Shown piece after piece: positions 46,757 to 55,446 of a stretch of DNA of 64,000 nt. The translations under genes were made by a program, and so were the position numbers. Positions within the stretch are counted from its first letter, which is position 1. The number at the start of each line of letters is the position of its first letter. Source of the stretch: Candidatus Omnitrophota bacterium (GTDB taxonomy: Bacteria > Omnitrophota > Gorgyraeia > Zapsychrales > Zapsychraceae); contig JAJDCA010000044.1 of NCBI GenBank assembly GCA_029261055.1, forward strand, positions 141,867-205,866, written 5' to 3'. Below the pieces are notes generated by a model. It made no database searches. It saw nothing but the letters and a program-made list of their open reading frames with translations, and was not told the DNA's origin.

Positions 46757-48139
46757 ATGTATCAATTTCAAAATCCTAACGATACCATAGCCGCTATTTC
46801 CACACCGGCAGGACAAGGTGGCATTGGCATAGTACGTATAAGCGGTCCAGAAGCCCTCAAAATTGCCGATAAAATTTTTTGTGCCAAAAATAAACACAAA
46901 CCCTCTCAGGCCAAAACGTTTACAGTACATTATGGCAACATTGTCGACGAGGATGAGCCTATTGATGAAGTCTTGCTCACTGTGATGCTGGCCCCTAAAA
47001 GTTATACGACCGAAGATGTGGTAGAAATTAGCTGTCACGGAGGGATGATTTCTTTAAAAGCCATTTTGACTTTAATTTGTAAATCCGGTGCACGATTGGC
47101 AGAACCCGGAGAATTTACCAAAAGAGCTTTTTTAAACGGACGTATTGATCTCCCACAGGCAGAAGCGGTTCTAGATATTATCCAATCTAAAACCGAAGCT
47201 TTTTTAAAGGTCAGTACACATCAGCTCAAAGGAGATTTATCCGTCGAACTAGAAAATATTCGCGAACAGCTTATGCAAAGTTATACCGAAATTGAAGCCT
47301 TTGTAAATTTTCCGGAGGATGAAATTGATACCAAAGGTCGCACACGAATCTCAGAGGATATCCAATCAGCCAAACAAAAAGTAGCAAACTTATTAGCTTC
47401 CAGTGATCATGGCCGCGTTCTCAAAGAAGGAATAAAAATTGTCATTTGTGGTAAACCGAATGTCGGCAAGTCCTCATTATTAAACGTTCTTTTAAAAACA
47501 CCGCGAGCGATTGTCTCCAATATTGCCGGCACCACACGCGATACCATTGAAGAAACGGCTCAAATTAAGGGCATCCCGTTTCAATGCATTGATACCGCAG
47601 GCATATTAACCCCACGCGACGAAATTGAACAGGAAGCCATTAAACGCAGTCACATGTATATTGATGGCGCTGACCTCATTCTTTTAATGCTTGATTCCAG
47701 TCAGGCCTTGGAAGAAGAAGATCAAAAACTTATTGAGAAAATAAAAGAAAAAAATACATTAATTATTTTAAATAAAACAGACTTAGTAGGGAAGGTTCAC
47801 GAACCGTCCTTACTACCGAATAAAAAACAAATAAAAATATCTGCTCTAAAAAAAATGGGTATAGCATCATTAGAAACGGCCATTGTCGAAAACATCTGGC
47901 ATGAAAAAAATATCGATACGCACGGTGTTATGGTGAGTAATCTTCGGCATATTCAAGCCTTACGGGATGCGCAAAATACATTACAAAAAGCCTGTAATAG
48001 CCTGAATGAGGGACTTTCTTTAGAATTTGTTTCCGAAGAAATCAAAATCGCAACCAATCATCTCGATGCCATCACCGGTCGTAATATTGATGCTGACTTA
48101 TTGGACACCATTTTTTCAAAATTTTGTATTGGAAAATAA
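46757..48139 (+). CDS. mnmE: tRNA modification GTPase MnmE
   Basis: N-terminal TIAAISTPAGQGGIGIVRISG; G domain GKPNVGKSS, DTAG, NKTD; C-terminal CIGK. Confidence 0.9.
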   Translation: MYQFQNPNDTIAAISTPAGQGGIGIVRISGPEALKIADKIFCAKNKHKPSQAKTFTVHYGNIVDEDEPIDEVLLTVMLAPKSYTTEDVVEISCHGGMISLKAILTLICKSGARLAEPGEFTKRAFLNGRIDLPQAEAVLDIIQSKTEAFLKVSTHQLKGDLSVELENIREQLMQSYTEIEAFVNFPEDEIDTKGRTRISEDIQSAKQKVANLLASSDHGRVLKEGIKIVICGKPNVGKSSLLNVLLKTPRAIVSNIAGTTRDTIEETAQIKGIPFQCIDTAGILTPRDEIEQEAIKRSHMYIDGADLILLMLDSSQALEEEDQKLIEKIKEKNTLIILNKTDLVGKVHEPSLLPNKKQIKISALKKMGIASLETAIVENIWHEKNIDTHGVMVSNLRHIQALRDAQNTLQKACNSLNEGLSLEFVSEEIKIATNHLDAITGRNIDADLLDTIFSKFCIGK

Positions 48140-48141
48140 TA

Positions 48142-49146
48142 ATGACTTCAAAAAAAACAATCAAAGCCGTTGGACTTCTTTCCGGAGGATTAGACAGCAC
48201 TTTGGCTGCCAAGGTGGTAAAAGATCTTGGAGTTGATGTCCATGGTGTTTATTTTTCCATGCCGTGGGGCTGTTGTGACAAGGCCAAGGCCTTTGAAGCG
48301 GCACAAAAAATTGGGATTAAATTTATTACGCTTCAATTGGATGAACGTTATCTTGAAATTGTGAGAAAACCAAAACATGGGTACGGCTCAGCGATGAACC
48401 CTTGCGTAGACTGTCGCATTCACATGTTTTCAAGAGCCGCTCAATATATGCGGCATATCGGAGCCGATTTTATTTTTACCGGTGAAGTCTTGGGGCAGCG
48501 TCAAATGTCACAATTAAGACACAGCATGAAATGGGTAGAAGAAGGAAGTGGGCTCACCGGAAAATTACTCCGCCCTTTATGTGCCCAGCTGCTCGAACAA
48601 ACGGAAGTCGAAAAGAATGGATTGATCGACCGCAAAAAGCTTTTGAATCTTTCCGGACGCTCACGTAGAGAACAAATCCGTCTAACGGAAGAATTAAATA
48701 TTACAGAATACAATCAACCCGCTGGCGGATGCCTTTTAACAGATAAAAACTTTGCCAGACGCATGACCGACACCTTACAATATGGCTACCGTAATTTTAG
48801 AGAGACCATTGCCTTGAAATGGGGAAGACACTTTCGTATCAATAAAGACTTCAAAGCCATTCTAGGACGTAATGATGACGAAAATACATCCCTCTTGAGG
48901 TATGCCCATAAAGACGATACCATAATGCAATTTTCATATAATGCCGGTGGCACACTCATCCTAAAAGGGCCTCAACCAAATTCTGAAATTTTATCCATCG
49001 CTGCCGGACTCATTCAACGATTTTCTAAATTCAAAAATGAAGCTCCTCAAGAAATAAACTATTGGCCTGTCGCCGATAAAAATAACATTCAAACCATCAA
49101 AGCCACATTGATAAATGATGCACAATTTGATAAAATAAAAATTTAA
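48142..49146 (+). CDS. PP-loop ATP pyrophosphatase, ThiI/MnmA-like (putative tRNA thiolation enzyme)
   Basis: SGGLDS PP-loop; TGEVLGQRQMSQ resembles the ThiI TGE.LGQVASQ motif; NPCVDCR Cys pair. Confidence 0.5.
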   Translation: MTSKKTIKAVGLLSGGLDSTLAAKVVKDLGVDVHGVYFSMPWGCCDKAKAFEAAQKIGIKFITLQLDERYLEIVRKPKHGYGSAMNPCVDCRIHMFSRAAQYMRHIGADFIFTGEVLGQRQMSQLRHSMKWVEEGSGLTGKLLRPLCAQLLEQTEVEKNGLIDRKKLLNLSGRSRREQIRLTEELNITEYNQPAGGCLLTDKNFARRMTDTLQYGYRNFRETIALKWGRHFRINKDFKAILGRNDDENTSLLRYAHKDDTIMQFSYNAGGTLILKGPQPNSEILSIAAGLIQRFSKFKNEAPQEINYWPVADKNNIQTIKATLINDAQFDKIKI

Positions 49147-49167
49147 AAGTAAAAAAAGGACCGCCTC

Positions 49168-49584
49168 ATGGAAAATAAAGATATTCGATGGATTCAAAGA
49201 TTTAATAATTTTACCAAAGCGCTTAATCAATTGAAAAAGTTTATCGAAAAAGGGGACCTCAATGAACTTGAAATACAAGGACTGATTCAGTCTTTTGAAT
49301 GCACACATGAACTTGCTTGGAATACATTGAAAGACTTTCTGGAAAGCCGAGGTAATAAAGAAATTTATGGGTCAAAAGACGCAACAAAAGAAGCATTTCA
49401 ACTTAACCTCATTAAAGAAGGTGAAATCTGGATGGACATGATTAAAAGTAGAAATCAAACATCTCATACTTACAATGAAGAAACAACCCAAAAGATTTCA
49501 ACAGCAATTCGTCAGGATTATTATCAAGAATTTATTAAACTACACAAAGAATTAGAAATATTAACAAAAAAGGAACAAAGCTAA
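49168..49584 (+). CDS. HI0074-family HEPN protein (HepT-like toxin of a type VII HEPN/MNT TA pair)
   Basis: MENKDIRWIQRFNNFTKAL N terminus and overall pattern typical of the nucleotidyltransferase substrate-binding (HI0074) HEPN family. Confidence 0.7.
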   Translation: MENKDIRWIQRFNNFTKALNQLKKFIEKGDLNELEIQGLIQSFECTHELAWNTLKDFLESRGNKEIYGSKDATKEAFQLNLIKEGEIWMDMIKSRNQTSHTYNEETTQKISTAIRQDYYQEFIKLHKELEILTKKEQS

Positions 49585-49587
49585 ATT

Positions 49588-49908
49588 ATGAAATTTGGAC
49601 TTAAGGAAGAAATAATCGAAAAGATAAAAAATATTTTTTCTAAATATTCAGAAATTGAAAAAGTTATTTTGTACGGGTCCAGAGCAAAGGGTAACTTTAA
49701 AAATGGTTCGGATATTGACTTAACCCTCATCGGAAAAAAACTAAATTTAAAATTAATGAATAAAATTGAATTAGAAATTGATAATCTGTTTTTACCATAT
49801 TCTTTTGATATATCCCTTTTTTCACAAATTTCTAACCAAGACTTAGTAGGGCATATAAAAAGAGTAGGGGTCATTTTCTACGAAAATAATGAAGGAGTCT
49901 CTTTATGA
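49588..49908 (+). CDS. Minimal nucleotidyltransferase (MntA-like antitoxin)
   Basis: GSRAKG ... SDIDL nucleotidyltransferase motif; 106 aa. Confidence 0.7.
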   Translation: MKFGLKEEIIEKIKNIFSKYSEIEKVILYGSRAKGNFKNGSDIDLTLIGKKLNLKLMNKIELEIDNLFLPYSFDISLFSQISNQDLVGHIKRVGVIFYENNEGVSL

Positions 49909-51239
49909 CAACTATCCAGAAAATTCTTAATACCTTAAAAGTGATTATCGATCCTGATTTAAACAAAGATATTGTTTCCCTGGGATTCGTCAAAAATGTT
50001 CAAATTAAAGATACTGAAGTTTCTTTCGATATTGAACTCACCACACCGGCTTGTCCTGTTAAAGATGAATTTCAAAGAAAAGCCGAAGAGCTTGTGCTCG
50101 CCCTTGATGGTGTTGAAAAAGTAAATGTACGCCTAACGTCACAACAACGACAGGCCCCATCTAATGACGAAAAAATGCCAAGTTCCCTTAAAGATGTTAA
50201 AGCCATCATTGCCATATCATCATGCAAGGGAGGCGTAGGTAAATCCACTGTGGCAGCTCAATTAGCCCAAGAACTAGCCTTAAAAGGATTTAAAGTAGGG
50301 CTAGTAGATGCCGACATTCATGGTCCGTCAGTCCCGACATTGTTTGATTTAAACAATACGCCGGTCTATGTAAATGAACAACAATTGCTGATGCCGATTG
50401 AAAAAAATGGCCTTAAGATTATGTCCTTTGGATTTTTATTGGGCGATGGCCCTGCCGTCATGAGAGGGCCCATGGTTTCGCGTTATGTTCAACAGGTGCT
50501 CCATCAAACTGCATGGGGCGAGTTAGATTATTTATTTATCGATATGCCACCGGGAACAGGCGATGTTCAGCTTACCATTACGCAAACGATCCAATTAGAT
50601 GGCGCCGTCATTATCACAACGCCGCAGACGCTTTCATTGATTGACGTCACCCGCGGCATTCTGATGTTCGAAAAAGTCAATGTTCCGATCTTAGGATTCA
50701 TCGAAAACATGGCCTATTTCCTATGTGATGAATGCGACAAAAAACATTATCTATTTGGTAACCAAGCAGGGGATTCTCTAAAAGAACGTTTCGGCATTGA
50801 TTGCCTGGCCGAATTACCATTATTACCTGAATTGTCTCTGCGCAGCAACACTCAATCCCCTGAAAACAGCTACATCAGCGAAGCCGTCAATCAAGTGGTT
50901 AGAGCCTTAGGCAAACAATCTCTGCAAAACAAAGAAACCCCAAAAATTGAGTTCAACACCCAACACGTTTCCCTCAGTTGGAAGGATGGCAGTAGCCTTC
51001 AAGTCAACAACCACGACTTACGCCTAAGCTGCCGCTGCGCCTTGTGTGTCAGCGAAGTCACTGGTGAACAAATCCTCAAAGAAAAAGACATCAAACCCGA
51101 CATCGCCCCCAAAGAAGTCACCCCCTTAGGCAATTATGCCATCGGAATTACTTGGAATGATGGACACAGTTCAGGGATTTATCCTTATAACAGCATTCGA
51201 AAAATCGAGTCAGGCCAAAACATCGCAACATCTCTTTAA
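49905..51239 (+). CDS. mrp: Mrp/NBP35 (ApbC) Fe-S cluster carrier ATPase with N-terminal DUF59 and C-terminal DUF971-like extension
   Basis: Walker A variant SCKGGVGKST; CxxC pair (FLCDEC); C-terminal about 100 aa with SLSWKDGSS ... ITWNDGHSSGIYPY (DUF971-like). Confidence 0.85.
   Translation: MTTIQKILNTLKVIIDPDLNKDIVSLGFVKNVQIKDTEVSFDIELTTPACPVKDEFQRKAEELVLALDGVEKVNVRLTSQQRQAPSNDEKMPSSLKDVKAIIAISSCKGGVGKSTVAAQLAQELALKGFKVGLVDADIHGPSVPTLFDLNNTPVYVNEQQLLMPIEKNGLKIMSFGFLLGDGPAVMRGPMVSRYVQQVLHQTAWGELDYLFIDMPPGTGDVQLTITQTIQLDGAVIITTPQTLSLIDVTRGILMFEKVNVPILGFIENMAYFLCDECDKKHYLFGNQAGDSLKERFGIDCLAELPLLPELSLRSNTQSPENSYISEAVNQVVRALGKQSLQNKETPKIEFNTQHVSLSWKDGSSLQVNNHDLRLSCRCALCVSEVTGEQILKEKDIKPDIAPKEVTPLGNYAIGITWNDGHSSGIYPYNSIRKIESGQNIATSL
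51138..51190 (+). repeat. Left direct repeat (3' coding end of mrp) flanking the RES/Xre cassette
   Basis: GCCATCGGAATTACTTGGAATGATGGACACAGTTCAGGGATTTATCCTTATAAC; about 85% identical to 52190-52241. Confidence 0.6.
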
Positions 51240-51306
51240 ACAAAATCTTGAAATTTGTATCAAATGATGGCATACTTATCTCAAATGAGACAAAAGGAGA
51301 AAAACA

Positions 51307-51729
51307 ATGACGCCACCAATTACATTAGAAAAGATCTTAGATATAAAAAAAGAAAACGTAACTGATTCTGACTTGATGAAATTGACTTTAAAAGGGTTTA
51401 AGAAACTTAGTATCTCCAGAATTTCAAAAATGCTAGGTACATCTGAAACAGAAATGATCGGGTTATTGCCCATATCGAGGGCAACCGTTGCACGATTAGA
51501 CAACAGAAGCACTTTTGATTTAACAACATCAGAACATCTTGTTTTTTTAAGCAAAGTTATCGCTATAGGGATTAACGTTTTAGAAAAAGAAGATAATTTT
51601 AGAATTTGGTTAAAAACGCCGTGTTTAGCTTTAGGTAATGAGAAGCCAGTAACATTTCTAAATTCTATTTTTGGTTGCCAATCCGTAATAAATGTCTTGG
51701 GAAGAGCTGCAAGTGGAGTATATTCTTAA
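51307..51729 (+). CDS. Xre/MbcA/ParS-family antitoxin (DUF2384 toxin-binding domain)
   Basis: C-terminal WLKTPCLALGNEKPVTFLNSIFGCQSVINVLGRAASGVYS matches the DUF2384 pattern (W...P...L.g..P...l.t..G...V...L.r...G.Y); SD GGAGAAAAAC. Confidence 0.65.
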   Translation: MTPPITLEKILDIKKENVTDSDLMKLTLKGFKKLSISRISKMLGTSETEMIGLLPISRATVARLDNRSTFDLTTSEHLVFLSKVIAIGINVLEKEDNFRIWLKTPCLALGNEKPVTFLNSIFGCQSVINVLGRAASGVYS

Positions 51730-51732
51730 ACC

Positions 51733-52212
51733 GTGTTAAAGACTTATCGCATAATAAAAAATAAATTTTTAAATGCCCCTCACGGAGAAGGGGCATTTAA
51801 GTTTGGAGGAAGGTGGAACAAACCAGGCGAAATTGTTATTTATAGCTCTGAAACCAAAGCCTTAGCAACCCTTGAAATATTAGTGAATATTCCAATTGCC
51901 AAAGATTTAAAATTCTACGCACTAACAATCAATATTCCAAATAATGTTGCAAAAAAAACTATCGATGTAAATAACCTACCCAAGAAATGGCGAACATATC
52001 CATCCACAACTGTTGCCATTGGTTCTGAATGGCTAAAAAATGCTGAGTCATGTATTTTAAAGATCCCTTCTGCAATTGTTCCAGAAGAATTCAACTATTT
52101 GATTAATCCAAATCATAAAGATTACAAAAAAATAGAATTTTCTGAACCTCAAGAGTTTTGTTTTGATGATAGGTTTTATGAGCCTCTACGCCATCGGAAG
52201 CACCTGGAATGA
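51733..52212 (+). CDS. RES-domain toxin (ParT/MbcT-like, NAD-targeting)
   Basis: YRIIKNKF ... GEGAFKFGGRWNKPGEIVIYSSETKALATLEILV is the typical RES domain N terminus; 4 nt after the antitoxin stop. Confidence 0.7.
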   Translation: MLKTYRIIKNKFLNAPHGEGAFKFGGRWNKPGEIVIYSSETKALATLEILVNIPIAKDLKFYALTINIPNNVAKKTIDVNNLPKKWRTYPSTTVAIGSEWLKNAESCILKIPSAIVPEEFNYLINPNHKDYKKIEFSEPQEFCFDDRFYEPLRHRKHLE

Positions 52213-52241
52213 TGGGCATAGTTCGGGGATTTATCCGTACA
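52190..52241 (+). repeat. Right direct repeat (divergent copy of the mrp 3' coding end)
   Basis: GCCATCGGAAGCACCTGGAATGATGGGCATAGTTCGGGGATTTATCCGTACATC; differences from the left copy are mostly at third codon positions. Confidence 0.6.
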
Positions 52242-52296
52242 TCAATAATCAATATTTTTTAGTTGCTATATACTATGAAAATCCACACTGCTGACT

Positions 52297-53358
52297 ATGA
52301 AAATATTAAAAATACTTAAAAACGGCGCGCTCATTTTACTTATTAGCATTGTAATGTTGCTGGTACTTGAAGGCATTGCAAGACTATTTATTCCATCTTC
52401 AAATTTTAAAGATCAACGTGTTATTGCTGAAACAATCCATACCGAATATGATCCTTTGCTAGGATGGAATAACAAACCAAACTTTCATTACAAAGATATG
52501 TATGGGGAGAATAAACCTATTACTATCAATTCTCAAAGTTTTCGAAATAAAAAAGATACCCAAATACAAAAACTAGCAGGCAAAAAACGTTGGTTATGTG
52601 TGGGAGATTCCTTTACATTAGGTTTTGGGGTAGGAGATGAAGAAACTTGGTGTTCTTTATTAGACCAAAATAATTCTAATTTAGAAACCGTTAATTTAGG
52701 GCAGGGTGGCTATGGTATGGATCAATCATTCTTGCGTTACAAAAGGGATGGAACTCCCTTAGATCATGATTTAGTTATTTTTGCATTTATTACCCCTGAC
52801 ATTGCTCATCGTATGTTTTTAAATGAGTTGGGTGATTTTCCTAAACCTTATTTTAAAATGGAAAAAAAGAAATTATCTCTTAAAAATACGCCTGTTCCTC
52901 GACAACCTTTCATTATAAGACAGTTATTTGGAATGAGATCAAATTTTAAAAAATCAAGATTGCTAAGGTGGATTAAAAAACATGTTTACAAGAAACCACC
53001 CGCCCAAAAAAAGGAAGAAATATCTCCACAAGAACTTGCCTCCATTGTGATGTCTATGCTGGCGGAATTACATCAACTTGCGCGTGAGAAGAGCAGTCAT
53101 GTTGTCTTAGTGCACCTTCCTTTTGAAGGGGACATCCATGATGAATCTTCTGGAAAGCTTAGGCGTACTTTATATAGCATGGCCAAGCAAAACGAATGGG
53201 ACTATCTTGATTTAATTCAGGACTTTCATAAGCTTTCGCCAGAGCTCAAGAGCAAGATTTTTATTAAAGAAGATATTGGGAATATTTCAGGGGCTAAGGG
53301 GCATTATACGGTTGAAGGGAATCAATTCATTGCATATCTGATAAATAAGCATTTATAA
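52297..53358 (+). CDS. Membrane-anchored SGNH/GDSL-like hydrolase family protein (hypothetical)
   Basis: N-terminal TM helix; VGDSFTLGFGV (GDS motif); later D..H candidates. Confidence 0.4.
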   Translation: MKILKILKNGALILLISIVMLLVLEGIARLFIPSSNFKDQRVIAETIHTEYDPLLGWNNKPNFHYKDMYGENKPITINSQSFRNKKDTQIQKLAGKKRWLCVGDSFTLGFGVGDEETWCSLLDQNNSNLETVNLGQGGYGMDQSFLRYKRDGTPLDHDLVIFAFITPDIAHRMFLNELGDFPKPYFKMEKKKLSLKNTPVPRQPFIIRQLFGMRSNFKKSRLLRWIKKHVYKKPPAQKKEEISPQELASIVMSMLAELHQLAREKSSHVVLVHLPFEGDIHDESSGKLRRTLYSMAKQNEWDYLDLIQDFHKLSPELKSKIFIKEDIGNISGAKGHYTVEGNQFIAYLINKHL

Positions 53359-53445
53359 TAAAAATCCAGATTCCAGCTTTTCTCAACTTGTGATAATCTA
53401 TTTAATCTCAAGTTAAAATAAAACAATTTATCAAAAACAAAACCC

Positions 53446-53474
53446 TTGAATTTCTTGCAATGTTGACTTACAAT
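53446..53474 (+). promoter_or_regulatory. Sigma70-like promoter for the tRNA gene
   Basis: TTGAAT, 17-nt spacer, TACAAT, 24 nt upstream of the tRNA 5' end. Confidence 0.3.
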
Positions 53475-53498
53475 CGTTCAAATTTTGTCGGTAACTAT

Positions 53499-53576
53499 GG
53501 CGGGGTAGCTCAGCTGGTTTAGAGCGTTCGGTTCATACCCGAAAGGTCGACGGTTCGAGCCCGTCCCCCGCTACCA
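53499..53576 (+). tRNA. tRNA with anticodon CAT (elongator tRNA-Met or tRNA-Ile2/lysidine); encodes a 3' CCA
   Basis: GGCGGGGTAGCTCAGCTGGTTTAGAGC cloverleaf; anticodon stem TTCGG/CCGAA with loop TTCATAC; T arm GACGG-TTCGAGC-CCGTC; terminal CCCCGCTACCA. Confidence 0.85.
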
Positions 53577-53672
53577 GTCTTCGCCAAATTGTTTTCACGT
53601 TTGGCTTCGCCTGGCTTTGCCAGACACAGAAACACAAGTAAAAACGCAGACAATTTAAATTCCCTCCAAATC

Positions 53673-54233
53673 ATGTTGAACTTAAAAAACTTAATATATT
53701 CTATATTTGTTATCTTTTTTCTATGGCTCATTAATCCCCACCTCATTTTTGCTCAATCAAACTTTGATTTTTTCTTTGGTGGTGACAAGGAATATCAGGA
53801 TGTTGTTGTTGAACGTGTGATTAGTGCGGATACGATTAAACTCGAAGAGGGGGAGGTTGTGAAACTTATTGGCTTAAAAGCACTCGAGCCGCCTGAAAAA
53901 GAGAGAACAGTTGATCGTGATCAATATGGATTTCGTGTTAAACAGGAAATTAATCCCATAGCGCCACTGGAAAAACAAGCGTTTCAATTTGCCGTTAACT
54001 TGATAGAAGGCAAACATATCCGTTTGGAGTTTGACACCGAGAAAAAAAATGATCAGCTCCAGACTTTGGCTTATGTGTTCATATTAGATGACGACACTTT
54101 CGTTAATACAGAAATTTTACGCCAAGGATTTGCCAGTCTTCATATCCGTCCCCCCAACACAAAACATGCAAAACAATTACGCGCTGCTTATACGGAAGCA
54201 AGAGAAGAGCGTCGGGGAATTCAAGGGCAGTAG
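53673..54233 (+). CDS. Secreted thermonuclease (SNase-like) family protein
   Basis: Signal peptide; LAYVFILDDDTFVNTEILRQGFA matches the SNase pattern; the ORF opens with a TTG at 53589, but ATG 53673 is preferred. Confidence 0.65.
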   Translation: MLNLKNLIYSIFVIFFLWLINPHLIFAQSNFDFFFGGDKEYQDVVVERVISADTIKLEEGEVVKLIGLKALEPPEKERTVDRDQYGFRVKQEINPIAPLEKQAFQFAVNLIEGKHIRLEFDTEKKNDQLQTLAYVFILDDDTFVNTEILRQGFASLHIRPPNTKHAKQLRAAYTEAREERRGIQGQ

Positions 54234-54254
54234 AGACGTAGCGTCGCTACGTCT
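54234..54254 (+). terminator. Near-perfect 21-nt palindrome AGACGTAGCG-T-CGCTACGTCT, terminator-like
   Basis: Lies immediately after the nuclease stop codon and is followed by TCATATATTTGTATG. Confidence 0.35.
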
Positions 54255-54266
54255 TCATATATTTGT

Positions 54267-55259
54267 ATGAATATCATTTCCAAAATTAAAAAATACATTT
54301 GTGATAATCGACTTCTATCACAGGGAGATGTTGTCATTGTCGGCGTCTCCGGTGGTGCAGACTCGGTGGCTTTACTCCATATTTTACATTCTCTCCAATA
54401 CGAATTTGGCTTACAATTATACGTCGCGCATTTTAATCATCAATTACGTCGAGGATCTAATACGGATGAAAAGTTTGTTAAAAAATTAGCGCAACAGCTA
54501 CATTTACCATGTATCACAGAATCTTGGGCGCAAGGCTCATCACAGTCTAAAGGTTCTTTGGAAGAGCTCGCGCGTGAGGCGCGCATTCAATTTTTTATGA
54601 AAATGGCTAAATCTCACAAAGCTAACATAATTGCCTTGGCGCACAACAAAAATGATTTGGCTGAAACTGTTTTGATGCGAATTGTACGCGGGACCGGTTT
54701 ACAAGGCATGCGAAGTATTTTACCCAAAAGGCTTATTCAAAAATGTAATTTTATTCGTCCTTTATTAGAGACACCACGCGAAGAAATTGAGAATTATTTA
54801 CATAAACACAAGCAATCCTGGCGCAATGATCCGAGTAATCAACAAACTAAATTTTTCCGTAATAGAATTCGTCTTGAACTTTTACCGTTGTTGACAAAAG
54901 ATTACAATCAAAATATTACTGATATTTTATCTAACCTTTCCAAAAACATCTCCGTTGACTATGATTTTCTAGAGCAAAAAGGATGTGAATTATTTAAAAA
55001 AATGGCGATTATCGACAAAAACAAAAAAAACATAAAGTTTTCTCTCCAAAAATATACGACACACCATCCAGCGCTAAAACGACTATTAATTCGCCAAACC
55101 TTTCAATATCTCAAAGGCAACACAAAACGGTTTACTTTTTCACACTATGAAGAAATAGAAGATCTTATTGAAAATCGCCCCAATGGATCCGTGGTAGACT
55201 TGCCTCAAGGAATACAATCAAAAAAATATAATAAATATATTAATTTTTATCAAAAATGA
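54267..55259 (+). CDS. tilS: tRNA(Ile)-lysidine synthetase
   Basis: PP-loop VIVGVSGGADSVALLHIL; TilS-like size and architecture. Confidence 0.85.
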   Translation: MNIISKIKKYICDNRLLSQGDVVIVGVSGGADSVALLHILHSLQYEFGLQLYVAHFNHQLRRGSNTDEKFVKKLAQQLHLPCITESWAQGSSQSKGSLEELAREARIQFFMKMAKSHKANIIALAHNKNDLAETVLMRIVRGTGLQGMRSILPKRLIQKCNFIRPLLETPREEIENYLHKHKQSWRNDPSNQQTKFFRNRIRLELLPLLTKDYNQNITDILSNLSKNISVDYDFLEQKGCELFKKMAIIDKNKKNIKFSLQKYTTHHPALKRLLIRQTFQYLKGNTKRFTFSHYEEIEDLIENRPNGSVVDLPQGIQSKKYNKYINFYQK

Positions 55260-55330
55260 ATAGATCAATCAAAATAATTGTTGAATATACGATTGTTTCC
55301 TATATAATTTTTAATTCAAGCTTAACCCAG

Positions 55331-55390
55331 TTAATCATCAGCTATCAGTCTTCAGCTTTTTTTAATGACGACTGATAACTGAAAGCCAAA
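55331..55390 (+). repeat. Family-1 REP/MITE-like element, copy D
   Basis: TTAATCATCAGCTATCAGTCTTCAGC ... GACGACTGATAACTGAAAGCCAAAAT; followed by the hairpin GCCTGCCAGCAGGC. Confidence 0.5.
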
Positions 55391-55446
55391 ATCACCGAGC
55401 GCCTGCCAGCAGGCAAGTTAGCGAGGCCTAAGTTCTGCTATCCGGA

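Noticed and set aside
51138-52241. Interpreting the 53-bp repeats as a simple tandem duplication or an assembly artefact
   Set aside because: The copies are 1 kb apart and differ at 8 positions that are mostly synonymous in the mrp frame. That fits two diverged homologous coding ends, not a recent slip or a mis-assembly
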